DNA from: Clostridia bacterium
Lineage (GTDB): Bacteria > Bacillota > Clostridia > UMGS1883
Assembly: GCA_017411435.1 (NCBI GenBank)
Contig: JAFQQD010000014.1
Coordinates: 20,783 to 84,782 of the forward strand
Direction: 5' to 3'
Length of the DNA stretch: 64,000 bases
Under the pieces are notes generated by a model. That model ran no database searches. It saw only the letters and a program-made list of their open reading frames with translations, and was not told the origin of the DNA. The position numbers were made by a program, and so were the translations under genes. Positions 9,468 to 19,405 of this stretch are shown here, in pieces. Each line of letters starts with the position of its first letter. Position 1 is the stretch's first letter.

Positions 9468-9977
9468 ATGGAAACAAGAACAATAACAGCACCCTTTACT
9501 GATGAGGTGTTAAGTTCACTCAAGGTGGGGGATATCGTAAATGTGTCCGGCATAATCTATGCCGGACGCGATGCGGTGCTTCCCAAAATCGTTGATATGA
9601 TTGAAAAAGACACTCTCAAAGATACTGATATCAACCTTGAAGGCAGTGTGATTTTCCACACTGCAGTAAGTCCCGCAGGTGTAGGCCCCACATCAAGCAA
9701 CAAGCTTGAAATTGAAGGTACTATGCCCGAACTTACAAAAGCAGGTATCAGAATGCATTTAGGTAAAGGTGCACTTAAAAAAGAAACAGTAGAAATGTTT
9801 AATGAGTACAATGCCGTTTATGCGGTTATCGCTCCCGTTACAGCACTTCTTAACAGCAAGGTTAAGGCAAAGCGCTGTGTTGCTCATCCTGAGCTTGGTA
9901 TGGAAGCATTCTACGAACTGCAGGTGGAGGAATTCCCCTGCATCATCGCAGCCGCTCACGGCGAAAGTATGTTTTAA
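9468..9977 (+). CDS. Fe-S hydro-lyase beta subunit (fumarate hydratase/tartrate dehydratase C-terminal family)
   Basis: L.VGD.V..SG...GRD, GPTSS and LGMEA motifs. Confidence 0.88.
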   Translation: METRTITAPFTDEVLSSLKVGDIVNVSGIIYAGRDAVLPKIVDMIEKDTLKDTDINLEGSVIFHTAVSPAGVGPTSSNKLEIEGTMPELTKAGIRMHLGKGALKKETVEMFNEYNAVYAVIAPVTALLNSKVKAKRCVAHPELGMEAFYELQVEEFPCIIAAAHGESMF

Positions 9978-9987
9978 GGGGGTTAGT

Positions 9988-10848
9988 ATGATGACTTTTG
10001 ACTATAATGAAGTAGTTGCAAAGGTAGCAGATACTTTAGTTCGAGCAGGCTCTACCTTCAGCGAAGATAAGAAAGACGCTTATCGCCGTGCTATCGCATC
10101 GGAGGAACTCCCCCGTGCAAAATGGAATCTTGAAACAATTCTTGAAAATGCAGAGGTTGCTCAATGTAACCGCAGCCCCTTGTGTGACGATACAGGTATA
10201 CCTCATGTGTTTATTGAGGTTGGTCCTAACCGCGCAGTAACAGGTGCTCTCCTTTCTGCAATTCAGGAAGGCGTTCGTGAAGGCCTTCGCACTCTTCCCG
10301 GTCGTCCCATGGCTATTATGGGCAATGACAAGGAAAGAATTGATATGAGTGGAGGTATCAGCCCAGACAGTGATGCACTTGACACAGCACCCTTCCTCAT
10401 CAAAGAGGTTGAGGAAGATGTACTTCGCGTTCATGTACTGATGCTCGGCGGTGGTCCTGCTATCCGCGGTATCACACACCGTATTTTCCACAAGCATAGC
10501 ATGGATGTTGTGCTTGACGAAATTGTTAACCGTACCAAGGATGCTACCAAACTTCTCGGTTGTACACCCTGCGCAGTTGCAGTTGGTGTAGGCCGTTCTC
10601 AGTACGAAGCTACTGCTCTTATGATGGAAGCAATGGTTTACGGAGATTTTGGTAAGCAAAGTGATATGGAACAGTACATTACTGATGAGGTTAATAAGAC
10701 CGATGTAGGTCCTCTTGGACTTAACGGTAAGACAACAGTTCTTGCAACCTTTATGAAGGTTGGCCCTCAGAGAGCAAGCGGTGTGCGTGTAGTGGCAATC
10801 CGTCCCGGATGCTGCTTCGAGCCCCGTATTGCAAGCGTAGAACTTTAA
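9988..10848 (+). CDS. Fe-S hydro-lyase alpha subunit (fumarate hydratase/tartrate dehydratase N-terminal family)
   Basis: PLCDDTG, GCTP, VGPLGLNGKTT, terminal GCC Fe-S ligands. Confidence 0.88.
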   Translation: MMTFDYNEVVAKVADTLVRAGSTFSEDKKDAYRRAIASEELPRAKWNLETILENAEVAQCNRSPLCDDTGIPHVFIEVGPNRAVTGALLSAIQEGVREGLRTLPGRPMAIMGNDKERIDMSGGISPDSDALDTAPFLIKEVEEDVLRVHVLMLGGGPAIRGITHRIFHKHSMDVVLDEIVNRTKDATKLLGCTPCAVAVGVGRSQYEATALMMEAMVYGDFGKQSDMEQYITDEVNKTDVGPLGLNGKTTVLATFMKVGPQRASGVRVVAIRPGCCFEPRIASVEL

Positions 10849-10877
10849 TCTGTTATAAAATTAAGGAGAGTTTAGTA

Positions 10878-11996
10878 ATGAGCAATGAATTCAAACCCAT
10901 GAAATTCGGCTGCGGCAGATATATTCAGGCTCCCGGTGCTCTTGAAGTTGTCGGCAGAGAGGCTTCTATGCTGAAAAGCAAAAAGGCTCTTATTGTCGGC
11001 GGTAAGAACGCACTTGATTCTACAGGTGCAAAAATGGAAAAGAGCCTTAAGGATGCAGGTGTTGAGCCCGTATTCTACACAATGACATCTGACTGTACAT
11101 ACGAAACACTTGATTATCTTCAGAATACACTTATTCCTCAGGAAAAGGCTGACCTCGTAATCGGCTCAGGCGGTGGTAAGGTTATTGATATGGCTAAGGC
11201 TTCAGGTAAGTGCAGCGGTCTTCCCGTCCTCAATGTTCCTTCATCTGTTGCAACATTCAACTGCTGGTCAGCGATGAGCGTTATGTACACTCCTGACCAC
11301 AAGCCGATTGACAGAATCTGGCACGCATCCGAGATTGACGGTGTTATCATCGATACTCAGGTTATTGCAGATGCACCTGTTAAACTGTTTGCTTCAGGTA
11401 TGGCTGATGCTTTTGCAAAGTATATCGAAACAGGCTTCATGGATGAGTCCTATACTGTAAACAACACCCCTGCAGGTATGTATACATCTAAAGTTATGGC
11501 AGGTACAACTAACGAAATCATCTTAAACCGTGGCGAAAAGGCTTTCCGTGACTGTATCGAGCACAAGGTTACAGATGACCTTGATGCCTGCGTTTTCGCA
11601 AATGTAGCTACAACTGCTATTGCTGCGGCTGTTAACTACAGCAATCATTCTTTGATTCAGAGCGGTAACGGCAAGGGTGCTACTTTTGCTCACGCTCTCT
11701 ATTACGCTTGTAAGGCAAAGTATACTGAAGAAACAAGCAACTGGCTTCACGGCGAAATCGTTGGTCTTGGCTGTCAGGCATCTATGTATGCTTATGAGCG
11801 CGGTGAATATGAAACAAAGAACTTTGCACGCTTCATGAAGGCTATCGGACAGCCTATGAGCCTTAAGGAATTAGGTCTTGACACAAGTGATAAGGGCATT
11901 AAAGAGCTTGTTGACTGCATGATGGTTGTCTGGGGTAAGCGTCCCGAGGCGCAGCGGCCCATCATCTATGATGCATTGCAGAAAATTAAAGGATAA
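10878..11996 (+). CDS. Glycerol-dehydrogenase-like metal-dependent alcohol dehydrogenase
   Basis: GGGKVID, DAFAKY.E, AHAL and LHGEIV motifs. Confidence 0.85.
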   Translation: MSNEFKPMKFGCGRYIQAPGALEVVGREASMLKSKKALIVGGKNALDSTGAKMEKSLKDAGVEPVFYTMTSDCTYETLDYLQNTLIPQEKADLVIGSGGGKVIDMAKASGKCSGLPVLNVPSSVATFNCWSAMSVMYTPDHKPIDRIWHASEIDGVIIDTQVIADAPVKLFASGMADAFAKYIETGFMDESYTVNNTPAGMYTSKVMAGTTNEIILNRGEKAFRDCIEHKVTDDLDACVFANVATTAIAAAVNYSNHSLIQSGNGKGATFAHALYYACKAKYTEETSNWLHGEIVGLGCQASMYAYERGEYETKNFARFMKAIGQPMSLKELGLDTSDKGIKELVDCMMVVWGKRPEAQRPIIYDALQKIKG

Positions 11997-12040
11997 TTCA
12001 AGGGGCTTTATGCCCCTTGAATTATAAAGGAGATATGTGT

Positions 12041-13384
12041 ATGAACCTTTCAGATACATTTATACATACACTTTACACATTAAAAGAAGGTCCTATCCCG
12101 AATGAGGTAAAGGAGGAGGCAAGAAAATGCCTTCTTGACGAAGTAGGTGCCATGCTCGTAGGAGCAAAAGAGATTAAGGAGCGTCTCTCCTCTTATCTTT
12201 CTATGTTCTCAGGAAACGATGCGACAGCAGTCGGACTTGGGTGTAAGGCATCGCTTCAGAATGCGGCGCTCGTTAACGGAATAAGCGGCCACGCTTATGA
12301 CTTTGATGACGGTCACCGTTTTTCAACCGTTCATCTCGGTTCTTCCATAATTCCGGCAGTACTCGCTGTGGCTGAAAAAGAAAACCTGGTTATGGATGAT
12401 GTTCTTCGCGGCATTATAATCGGCTACGAAGCCGCTATCCGTATGGGTAACTGTATTCAGCCGGGACACCGAGGGAGAGGATTTCACGCTTCCGGCACAG
12501 TAGGAACTATCGGCGCGGCTATGGGTGTAGCGGCACTTCTTGATTTTGACAGACAGCAGTTCAAAACTGCACTCTCTGCAGCCTGCACAAGTGCCGGCGG
12601 AATCCTTGAAATGCAGGTAGGCCGCTCGACATTAAAGCCTTTTAATATCGGCCGTGCAACGCATGACGGTATTACTGCAGCCCTTGCTGCAAAGGCAGGC
12701 TTTGTAGGTCCCGATGAACCTCTTGAAGGGGAGTTCGGCTTCTTCAGAGCGTACAGTGATACCTGCAAACCCGAAGTGCTTTCACTGGAAAACAATAAAA
12801 ACTATAACATCTGCGGATGTTATCATAAACCCTATGCTTCGTGCAGACATACACACGGCCCCGTATTTGCGGCTATCCGAGCAGCAGAGGACAACAATGT
12901 AAACTGGCGTGATATAGAAAACATTACTGTAGATATGTATGCTCAGGGTGTTAACGGTCACGACCACACAGATATTCCCAGCATAGTTTCGGGAAAAATG
13001 TCGACTCCGTACTGTATTGCTATGGCACTTGTTACCGGTAAAATAGGAATTTCTTCCTATACGGAAGAGGCTCTTAATGACCCCGACATTCTATCCCTTA
13101 CTAAAAAGGTTACAGTTAACGCGGACGAGGAAATCACATCATGGGTACCTAAAAAGCGTGCCGCAAGAGTGAGCGTTACTCTTAAAAACAAGCAAACCTT
13201 TACTTTCCAGGCAGATTATGCCCTCGGCGAGCCGGAGCTTCCCATGTCAATAGAAGATTTCTGCTCAAAGACTACCGAACTTGGAATGTCTGCAGGAAAA
13301 ACAGAAGACGAAATGAAGAAAATTATCGATATGATTCTCACATTTGACGGAAATGTTGCAGAACTCATGAAAACATTAGCATAA
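12041..13384 (+). CDS. MmgE/PrpD family protein
   Basis: NG..GH.YDFDDGH, H.G..IIPA, GFH..GT.G and KPYASCRHTH motifs. Confidence 0.9.
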   Translation: MNLSDTFIHTLYTLKEGPIPNEVKEEARKCLLDEVGAMLVGAKEIKERLSSYLSMFSGNDATAVGLGCKASLQNAALVNGISGHAYDFDDGHRFSTVHLGSSIIPAVLAVAEKENLVMDDVLRGIIIGYEAAIRMGNCIQPGHRGRGFHASGTVGTIGAAMGVAALLDFDRQQFKTALSAACTSAGGILEMQVGRSTLKPFNIGRATHDGITAALAAKAGFVGPDEPLEGEFGFFRAYSDTCKPEVLSLENNKNYNICGCYHKPYASCRHTHGPVFAAIRAAEDNNVNWRDIENITVDMYAQGVNGHDHTDIPSIVSGKMSTPYCIAMALVTGKIGISSYTEEALNDPDILSLTKKVTVNADEEITSWVPKKRAARVSVTLKNKQTFTFQADYALGEPELPMSIEDFCSKTTELGMSAGKTEDEMKKIIDMILTFDGNVAELMKTLA

Positions 13385-13416
13385 ATCATTTTATACTGAA
13401 ATCCAGAGGTGAAAAT

Positions 13417-14994
13417 ATGGATCTTATTCGTAAACTTGTCAGCGCAGATGAAGAGTATCTGCGTGACGAATCTAAAAAAGTAGGTTTTGCCGAAACCATC
13501 TCTTTCCCCGAAAATCACGAGCAGGTAAGAGAAATTATGGCACAGCTTTATAAAGACGGAACATCTGTTACCGTTCAGGGTAGCCGTACAGGTCTTGCAT
13601 CAGCGGCAGTACCCTTCGGAGGTCACATACTCAACACATCAAGAATGGACAAGGTTCTCGGCATGCGTGAGAAGGACGGTCATTTTTACATCACCGTTCA
13701 GCCCGGCGTAATCCTTCAGAAGCTGAACAAGGCTATCGCTGCGCGTGCCTTTGATACAAGTGCTTGGGATGAAGCATCTCAGGCTGCATTTGAAGCATTC
13801 GGCAAGGCTCCCGTTCAGATGTTTACTCCCGACCCCACCGAAAGCACAGCAGCAATCGGCGGTATGGTAGCTTGTAACGCATCAGGTGCGAAAAGCTATC
13901 ACTACGGCGCGACAAGAGGTCACATTCAGGCGCTTCGCGGTGTACTTGCAAACGGTGAGAGCATTTGTATAAAGAGAGGCGAAATTTTCGCAAAAGGTCT
14001 TGACCTTGCTCTTACTACTGAAGAAGGAAATACCATCAATGTAAAACTTCCCACTTACAAGATGCCCAACTGCAAAAACGCATCAGGTTACTACTGCGCA
14101 CCCGATATGGATGCAATTGACCTTATGATTGGCAGTGACGGTACACTTGCTGTTTTAACTGAAATTGAAATATCACTGCTTCCCGTTCCTGCACTCAGTT
14201 GGGGTGTAAGTACTTTCTTTGAGGCAGAATCACAGGCAGCAAAGTACACAAAACTTGCAAAACAAATCGCAAATGGTATTGTTGCTATCGAATACTTTGA
14301 TGCTTGCGCACTTGATATTCTTCGTAAGCAGAAGGCGGAAAACACCGCTTTTGCAGGACTTCCGTTCCTTCCTGAATCTTACGGCTGTGCAGTATATACA
14401 GAGCTTCATTGCGATAACGAGGACCAGGCATACGAACTTCTCGAATCACTCAGCAAATATTGCACCCAGGCAGGTGGCAACCCCGAAATGACATGGGTGG
14501 CTACAAGCGACAGCGACCGTGATATGTTGCACTTCTTCCGCCATGCGGTTCCCGAAAGTGTAAATATGCAGGTAGAACGCACAAAGCGTACATACCCTGA
14601 AGTTACAAAGGTTGGCGGCGACCTTGCCGTTCCCGATGAATACTTTGAAGAACTTCTCAAAATTTATGATACTACTTTGGAAGAAGAAGGTCTCTTGCAC
14701 GCTGCATGGGGACATATTGGTGACAACCATATCCATGTAAATATTCTTCCCCGTGATATGGATGAATACAGCCGCGGAAAAGCGCTTCTTGCCAAATGGG
14801 CAGGCGAAGTCTCCCGTATGGGTGGCGCAGTTAGTGCCGAACACGGTGTAGGTAAACTCAAGGCACCCTTCCTCGAAGTTATGTACGGAAAAGAACACAT
14901 CAGCGAAATGGCTGCATTGAAGGCTGTATTTGACCCGAAATGCATGCTCGGAAGAGGAAATCTCTTTGCACCGCAAGAGGAGGTAAAAGCATGA
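13417..14994 (+). CDS. FAD-linked 2-hydroxyacid oxidoreductase (GlcD/LctD family)
   Basis: PDPT..TA.IGG..A.NASG, GSDGTL, GHIGDNHIH and SAEHGVGK motifs. Confidence 0.9.
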   Translation: MDLIRKLVSADEEYLRDESKKVGFAETISFPENHEQVREIMAQLYKDGTSVTVQGSRTGLASAAVPFGGHILNTSRMDKVLGMREKDGHFYITVQPGVILQKLNKAIAARAFDTSAWDEASQAAFEAFGKAPVQMFTPDPTESTAAIGGMVACNASGAKSYHYGATRGHIQALRGVLANGESICIKRGEIFAKGLDLALTTEEGNTINVKLPTYKMPNCKNASGYYCAPDMDAIDLMIGSDGTLAVLTEIEISLLPVPALSWGVSTFFEAESQAAKYTKLAKQIANGIVAIEYFDACALDILRKQKAENTAFAGLPFLPESYGCAVYTELHCDNEDQAYELLESLSKYCTQAGGNPEMTWVATSDSDRDMLHFFRHAVPESVNMQVERTKRTYPEVTKVGGDLAVPDEYFEELLKIYDTTLEEEGLLHAAWGHIGDNHIHVNILPRDMDEYSRGKALLAKWAGEVSRMGGAVSAEHGVGKLKAPFLEVMYGKEHISEMAALKAVFDPKCMLGRGNLFAPQEEVKA

Positions 14995-15782
14995 AAATAA
15001 TCGTTTGTATGAAACAGGTTCCTGCTGCTGCTACGGCAAGCATTGACCCGCTTACAAAAACTATCGTGCGTACAGGCCGTAATGCAGTAACAAATCCTTT
15101 TGACCTTTATGCGCTGCAGACTGCACTCGATATTAAAGAAGGTGTAGGCGGAACTCTTACCGCTATTACTATGGGTATTCCTGCCGCACAGAAGGTTCTT
15201 CGCGATGCTATCAGCCGTGGTGCTGACGATGGAGCAATTCTTTCTGACCGTGCTTTTGCCGGTGCAGATACGCTCGCAACATCATACGCTATTTCGCTCG
15301 GTATTGAAAAACTCGGCGGAGCAGACCTTGTTGTTTGCGGTAAGATGGCAGTTGACGGTGATACAGCCCAGATTGGTCCTGAACTTGCTCAGCATCTGGG
15401 TATTTCACATGTTTCTGATGTAACTGAAATCCTTGAAATGGCAGAGGACCACCTTGTAGTACGCCGTGTATGGGATGATATAGACCAGGAGCTTTATCTT
15501 CCGCTTCCTGCGCTTATCACAGTTGCAAAGGGAGTAAATCTTCCCAAGCTTCCCACAATCCCCGGTATGCTTCGCGGCCGCGTGGCAGAAATCCCCACAT
15601 TCACCGCAGAAGATTTAGGTGCAGATATTGCCCGTTGCGGACTCAAGGGTTCTCCCACACAGGTTGTTCGCACATTTACACCCCCGGTGCGCGGTGAAGC
15701 ACAGGAAATTGAAGGTAATGAAACACAGCAGGCTGCAAAGCTGGCTCAGATTATCAGGGAGGTGCTCCATGGAGAGGATTAA
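14991..15782 (+). CDS. etfB: Electron transfer flavoprotein beta subunit
   Basis: VCMKQVP, NPFD, GADTLATS, DGDTAQIGP, GLKGSPT motifs. Confidence 0.95.
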   Translation: MKIIVCMKQVPAAATASIDPLTKTIVRTGRNAVTNPFDLYALQTALDIKEGVGGTLTAITMGIPAAQKVLRDAISRGADDGAILSDRAFAGADTLATSYAISLGIEKLGGADLVVCGKMAVDGDTAQIGPELAQHLGISHVSDVTEILEMAEDHLVVRRVWDDIDQELYLPLPALITVAKGVNLPKLPTIPGMLRGRVAEIPTFTAEDLGADIARCGLKGSPTQVVRTFTPPVRGEAQEIEGNETQQAAKLAQIIREVLHGED

Positions 15783-16752
15783 AAAAGGTGCCCTTTGGGT
15801 ATTTTGTGAAGTTCAGGCAAATGAACTCTTGCCTGTAGGCTTACAGCTTCTTGGCAGAGGTAAGACATTGGCTGAGGAAAGCAACCGTCCCCTTTACGCA
15901 GTAGTGCTCGGTAAAATTCCGCAGGAAAGCGTAAAACTTCTGCATGCAAGCGGAGCAGATGAGGTTATAATGAGCGTTGGCGCGGCTCTCGAAGAAAAAC
16001 TTGAAAAGCCTTATGCTGACAGTTTAATTGCTCTTGCAAAGCAGTTTGAACCCGACATTTTATTAGTTGGCGCAACTCCTTTTGGACGCGCTTTTGCACC
16101 GAGAGTAGCAGCAGCACTTCAGACTGGTCTTACAGCAGACTGTACAGAACTCAGCATTGAAGAAGAAAGCGGACTTTTACTTCAGACCCGTCCTGCATTC
16201 GGCGGTAATATGATGGCTACTATCCGCACTGCAACAAGCCGTCCTCAGATGGCTACTGCGCGTCCTGGAGTATTACCCCTTCCCGAACCAATGGAAGTGG
16301 AAGACCGTGACCCCGTGATTATTGAGGATAACGGTGAACTCAGCGTAGTGAAGCTCCTCAAGGAAACTGCTATAGAGCGTGGCGCAGATATCAGCCAGAG
16401 CAAAATTATCGTTGCCGCAGGCCGCGGTATCGGTCAGAAGAAAAATCTTAAACTTGTACAGGCACTTGCAGATAAACTCGGCGGTGCTGTTGGATCAACC
16501 CGTCCTTTGGTAGATATGGGCTTTTGTCCCTACAGCAGCCAGATTGGTCAGACAGGCTACAGCGTAGCACCCGACCTTCTTATCTGCTGTGGTATTTCAG
16601 GTGCAGTTCAGCATCTGGCAGGTATCGGCGGAGCAAAGACTGTTATCGCTATCAATACCGACCCCAAAGCTCCTATCTTTGCAGTAGCAGATTACAAAAT
16701 TGTTGGCGACTGTGTCAGCGTTCTTGAAAATTTAATTAAAGCTTTGGATTAA
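15769..16752 (+). CDS. etfA: Electron transfer flavoprotein alpha subunit
   Basis: TRPAFGG, QIGQTG, GISGAVQH.AG, AINTDP.API motifs; start ATG 15769 after ggaggt. Confidence 0.95.
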   Translation: MERIKKGALWVFCEVQANELLPVGLQLLGRGKTLAEESNRPLYAVVLGKIPQESVKLLHASGADEVIMSVGAALEEKLEKPYADSLIALAKQFEPDILLVGATPFGRAFAPRVAAALQTGLTADCTELSIEEESGLLLQTRPAFGGNMMATIRTATSRPQMATARPGVLPLPEPMEVEDRDPVIIEDNGELSVVKLLKETAIERGADISQSKIIVAAGRGIGQKKNLKLVQALADKLGGAVGSTRPLVDMGFCPYSSQIGQTGYSVAPDLLICCGISGAVQHLAGIGGAKTVIAINTDPKAPIFAVADYKIVGDCVSVLENLIKALD

Positions 16753-16766
16753 AATCAAGTTAATAC

Positions 16767-16799
16767 AAAAGGAGGCACTATTGGATGTTGCCTCCTTTT
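16767..16799 (+). terminator. Rho-independent terminator ending the catabolic operon
   Basis: aaaaggaggca...tgcctcctttt. Confidence 0.8.
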
Positions 16800-16921
16800 G
16801 CTTGCTTTGTGTTTTTTGAAAAAGGAATAAATTCCCAAAGTAAAAAATTATAACAAATTATTGAAAAAAATGTCGATTTATAGTAAAATCAAGGCAGAAG
16901 TATTTTCGGGAGGAAAACAAA

Positions 16922-17986
16922 ATGAAAAAAGCATCAAGTGTAATAGCGTTATTTTTAACTGCAGTTTTAATCCTTTCAGCTTGTCAGACGAAAAAGACAT
17001 CTGAAAATGGGAAAATCACGAAAGACCCAGTAAAAAAGGAAACTGTGACAGAACAGAAAGTGCCCAAGGCCGAAGAAAAGGAAAAAGACCCTGAAATAGA
17101 AGCATTTTTCGATAAATATGTAAACTCAAAAAAACGCCCGATTGCCGTAATGATTGATAATGATAACGAGCAGGCAAGACCGCAGGCAGGACTTGACGAT
17201 GCATATCTTATATACGAGATGGTAATTGAAGGCGGAGCCACAAGATTTATGGCATTTTTCAAAGATGCTGCTACTGAAAAAATCGGACCTGTCCGTTCTT
17301 CAAGACATTATTTCCTTGACTATGCACTTGAAAACGATGCCATATATACGCACTTTGGATGGAGCCCCAGGGCAATGACGGACATTCCTGCTCTTGGTGT
17401 AAATAACATCAATGGAATTATAGCAGGCGATGACAGCATTTTCTGGCGTGAAAGGAAATTCAAGGGAGATTGGCACAGCGCATTTACAAGCATTGAAAAA
17501 ATAAATTCAATGGCAGATAAAAAGAAGTATCAAAAGGAAACTGCGCACGCAAATTCTATTAACTATTCAAAAGAGTATCTTGATATGAAGACAGAAAGTG
17601 TCGCAAATACTGTAAGTCTTGCTTATTCCTATCACTATACTACAGGCTATACCTACGATACTGAAACAAAGCTTTACGAAAAAACTATAAACGGAAAGCC
17701 TCACACTATGCAAAACGGGAAAACAGTGAAGGTTAAAAATATCATAGTTCAGTTTATTACGGACACTTCGCTTGGTGACGGAAGTGCCAGACGAAACATA
17801 AACACAGCAGGCAGCGGAAAGGGATACTACATAACGGATGGCTGTTGTAAGAGCATAACATGGTCGAAAGACTCCCGAACTGCAAACACAATCTACAAGG
17901 ATGCAGATGGAAACACTCTTTCTGTTAATCCCGGTAAAACAATTATAAATATCATCAGCCCCAGTGCTAAAATAACAATGAAATAA
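16922..17986 (+). CDS. DUF3048 (YerB-like) lipoprotein
   Basis: Lipobox LSAC; RPIAVMIDN...ARPQAGL, EGGATR, GPVRSSR motifs. Confidence 0.9.
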   Translation: MKKASSVIALFLTAVLILSACQTKKTSENGKITKDPVKKETVTEQKVPKAEEKEKDPEIEAFFDKYVNSKKRPIAVMIDNDNEQARPQAGLDDAYLIYEMVIEGGATRFMAFFKDAATEKIGPVRSSRHYFLDYALENDAIYTHFGWSPRAMTDIPALGVNNINGIIAGDDSIFWRERKFKGDWHSAFTSIEKINSMADKKKYQKETAHANSINYSKEYLDMKTESVANTVSLAYSYHYTTGYTYDTETKLYEKTINGKPHTMQNGKTVKVKNIIVQFITDTSLGDGSARRNINTAGSGKGYYITDGCCKSITWSKDSRTANTIYKDADGNTLSVNPGKTIINIISPSAKITMK

Positions 17987-18014
17987 AAAGAAAGAGGATG
18001 CCCCGTCATCCTCT

Positions 18015-18399
18015 CAGCGTGTCGATAAACCTATCGGCATGCTGGCAGACGAGGAAAAAGGAAGGTAAATTTGTTCAACACGCACTCGTAGGCGCACGAG
18101 GGTGCGGTAGAGGGCGTGTTGGACGAAAGCAAGCAAAAACCCTGAAAATTGCAATTTTCAGGGTCTTTTATAACATAGGAAATTGCGCGCGAAAAGTGCG
18201 CAATAGGCTTGTTTCAAACAAGCGTACCGACCTGCCCCCAAGAGTGGGGGTCAGGGGGTTGATGCGTTAAGAACGCTTTTTTATTATGTGGCTAATGGTG
18301 TCTTTTGTTCTTTTATAAGTTTATCGAAAATTTCCAAGCGCTGAAAAAATATTTATTATTTATTTTTGCTTGCATTTGACCGACTTTTTCGACAGTCTG
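18015..18399. mobile_element. Non-autonomous IS1182-like element with 22-bp target duplication of a terminator
   Basis: Direct repeat agaggatgccccgtcatcctct at 17993-18014 and 18400-18421. Imperfect terminal inverted repeats cagcgtgtcgataaa / tttttcgacagtctg; no transposase ORF. Confidence 0.7.
18168..18284. repeat. 117-bp structured repeat, identical to 37903-38019
   Basis: Base-by-base identical on manual comparison; three hairpins. Confidence 0.9.
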
Positions 18400-18453
18400 A
18401 GAGGATGCCCCGTCATCCTCTTTCTTTTTGCTCTGCGCAATTTAATCAAGTCA

Positions 18454-19257
18454 CTATCCCAGCATTACATCAAGCAGCATCATAACAGCAAATCCCAGTA
18501 TAATTCCCATCGTTGAAAAATAGGGTTCTTTTTCCTGATTTTTCTGACATTCGGGAATGAGCTCGTGTACGGCAACTAAAATCATCGCACCTGCGGCAAA
18601 CGACAGGGCATAAGGCAAAATGGTTTCTACATAAACAACCATCCACGCTCCGATTACACCGGCAATCGGCTCAACCATTCCCGATGCCTGACCGAGAAAA
18701 AAGCTTTTTCTCCTTGAATATCCTTCCCTCCTCAGAGGAAGAGAAACCGCCGCCCCCTCAGGGAAATTCTGAAGACCAATCCCTACGGCTACAGTGATTG
18801 CACCCATAAGTGCCTCGGGGGTAAAGGCTCCGTTTCCGAGAACTCCGAAAGCAACTCCAACTGCAAGCCCCTCGGGAATATTATGAAGAGTAATAGAAAG
18901 AATAAGCATTATAATTCGGCTTATTTTTTCGTTTGATTTACCCTGTATACTGTTTGCTCTTTTTCTTGTAAAAGAGACTATTTTATCTGAACCCCACATA
19001 AAAAGAGCTCCGAGCAAAAAGCCTGTTGTAGCTACAAGATATGCAGGTAATTTTGACGAAATCTGTGCGCGCTCTATTGCTGGAGCAAGCAGCGACCAGA
19101 AACTTGCGGCTATCATAACTCCCGAAGCGAAACCGAGCATGAGATTAAGATATTTTGCTTTAGGAGATTTGAAGAAAACGACCATTGCACTGCCGAGCGC
19201 AGTCACAAACCATGTGCCGAGCGTGGCAAATAGTGCCATCAAGACAAATTCATCCAT
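18454..19257 (-). CDS. ZIP-family metal transporter
   Basis: LHNIPEGLAVG and LQNFPEG motifs; hydrophobic helices; start ATG 19257 after ggaggtg. Confidence 0.92.
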   Translation of the reverse strand: MDEFVLMALFATLGTWFVTALGSAMVVFFKSPKAKYLNLMLGFASGVMIAASFWSLLAPAIERAQISSKLPAYLVATTGFLLGALFMWGSDKIVSFTRKRANSIQGKSNEKISRIIMLILSITLHNIPEGLAVGVAFGVLGNGAFTPEALMGAITVAVGIGLQNFPEGAAVSLPLRREGYSRRKSFFLGQASGMVEPIAGVIGAWMVVYVETILPYALSFAAGAMILVAVHELIPECQKNQEKEPYFSTMGIILGFAVMMLLDVMLG

Positions 19258-19343
19258 AATACACCTCCACTTTACATTATATTTTGGGCGGAGGAAACTG
19301 TGAATGTAAAGTGAAATTTGAGAAATATGACAATTCAAAGTGG

Positions 19344-19372
19344 TTGACGGAGAGAAAACAATATAGTATAAT
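19344..19372 (+). promoter_or_regulatory. Sigma-A promoter of nagB
   Basis: TTGACG-17 bp-TATAAT. Confidence 0.75.
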
Positions 19373-19405
19373 ACTAATAGAATTTTCAGTTGGAGGTAAA
19401 AAATT

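Noticed and set aside
17998-18270. 90-aa ORF as transposase fragment
   Set aside because: No DDE or HUH motifs and no convincing RBS; it runs through repeat and hairpin DNA.
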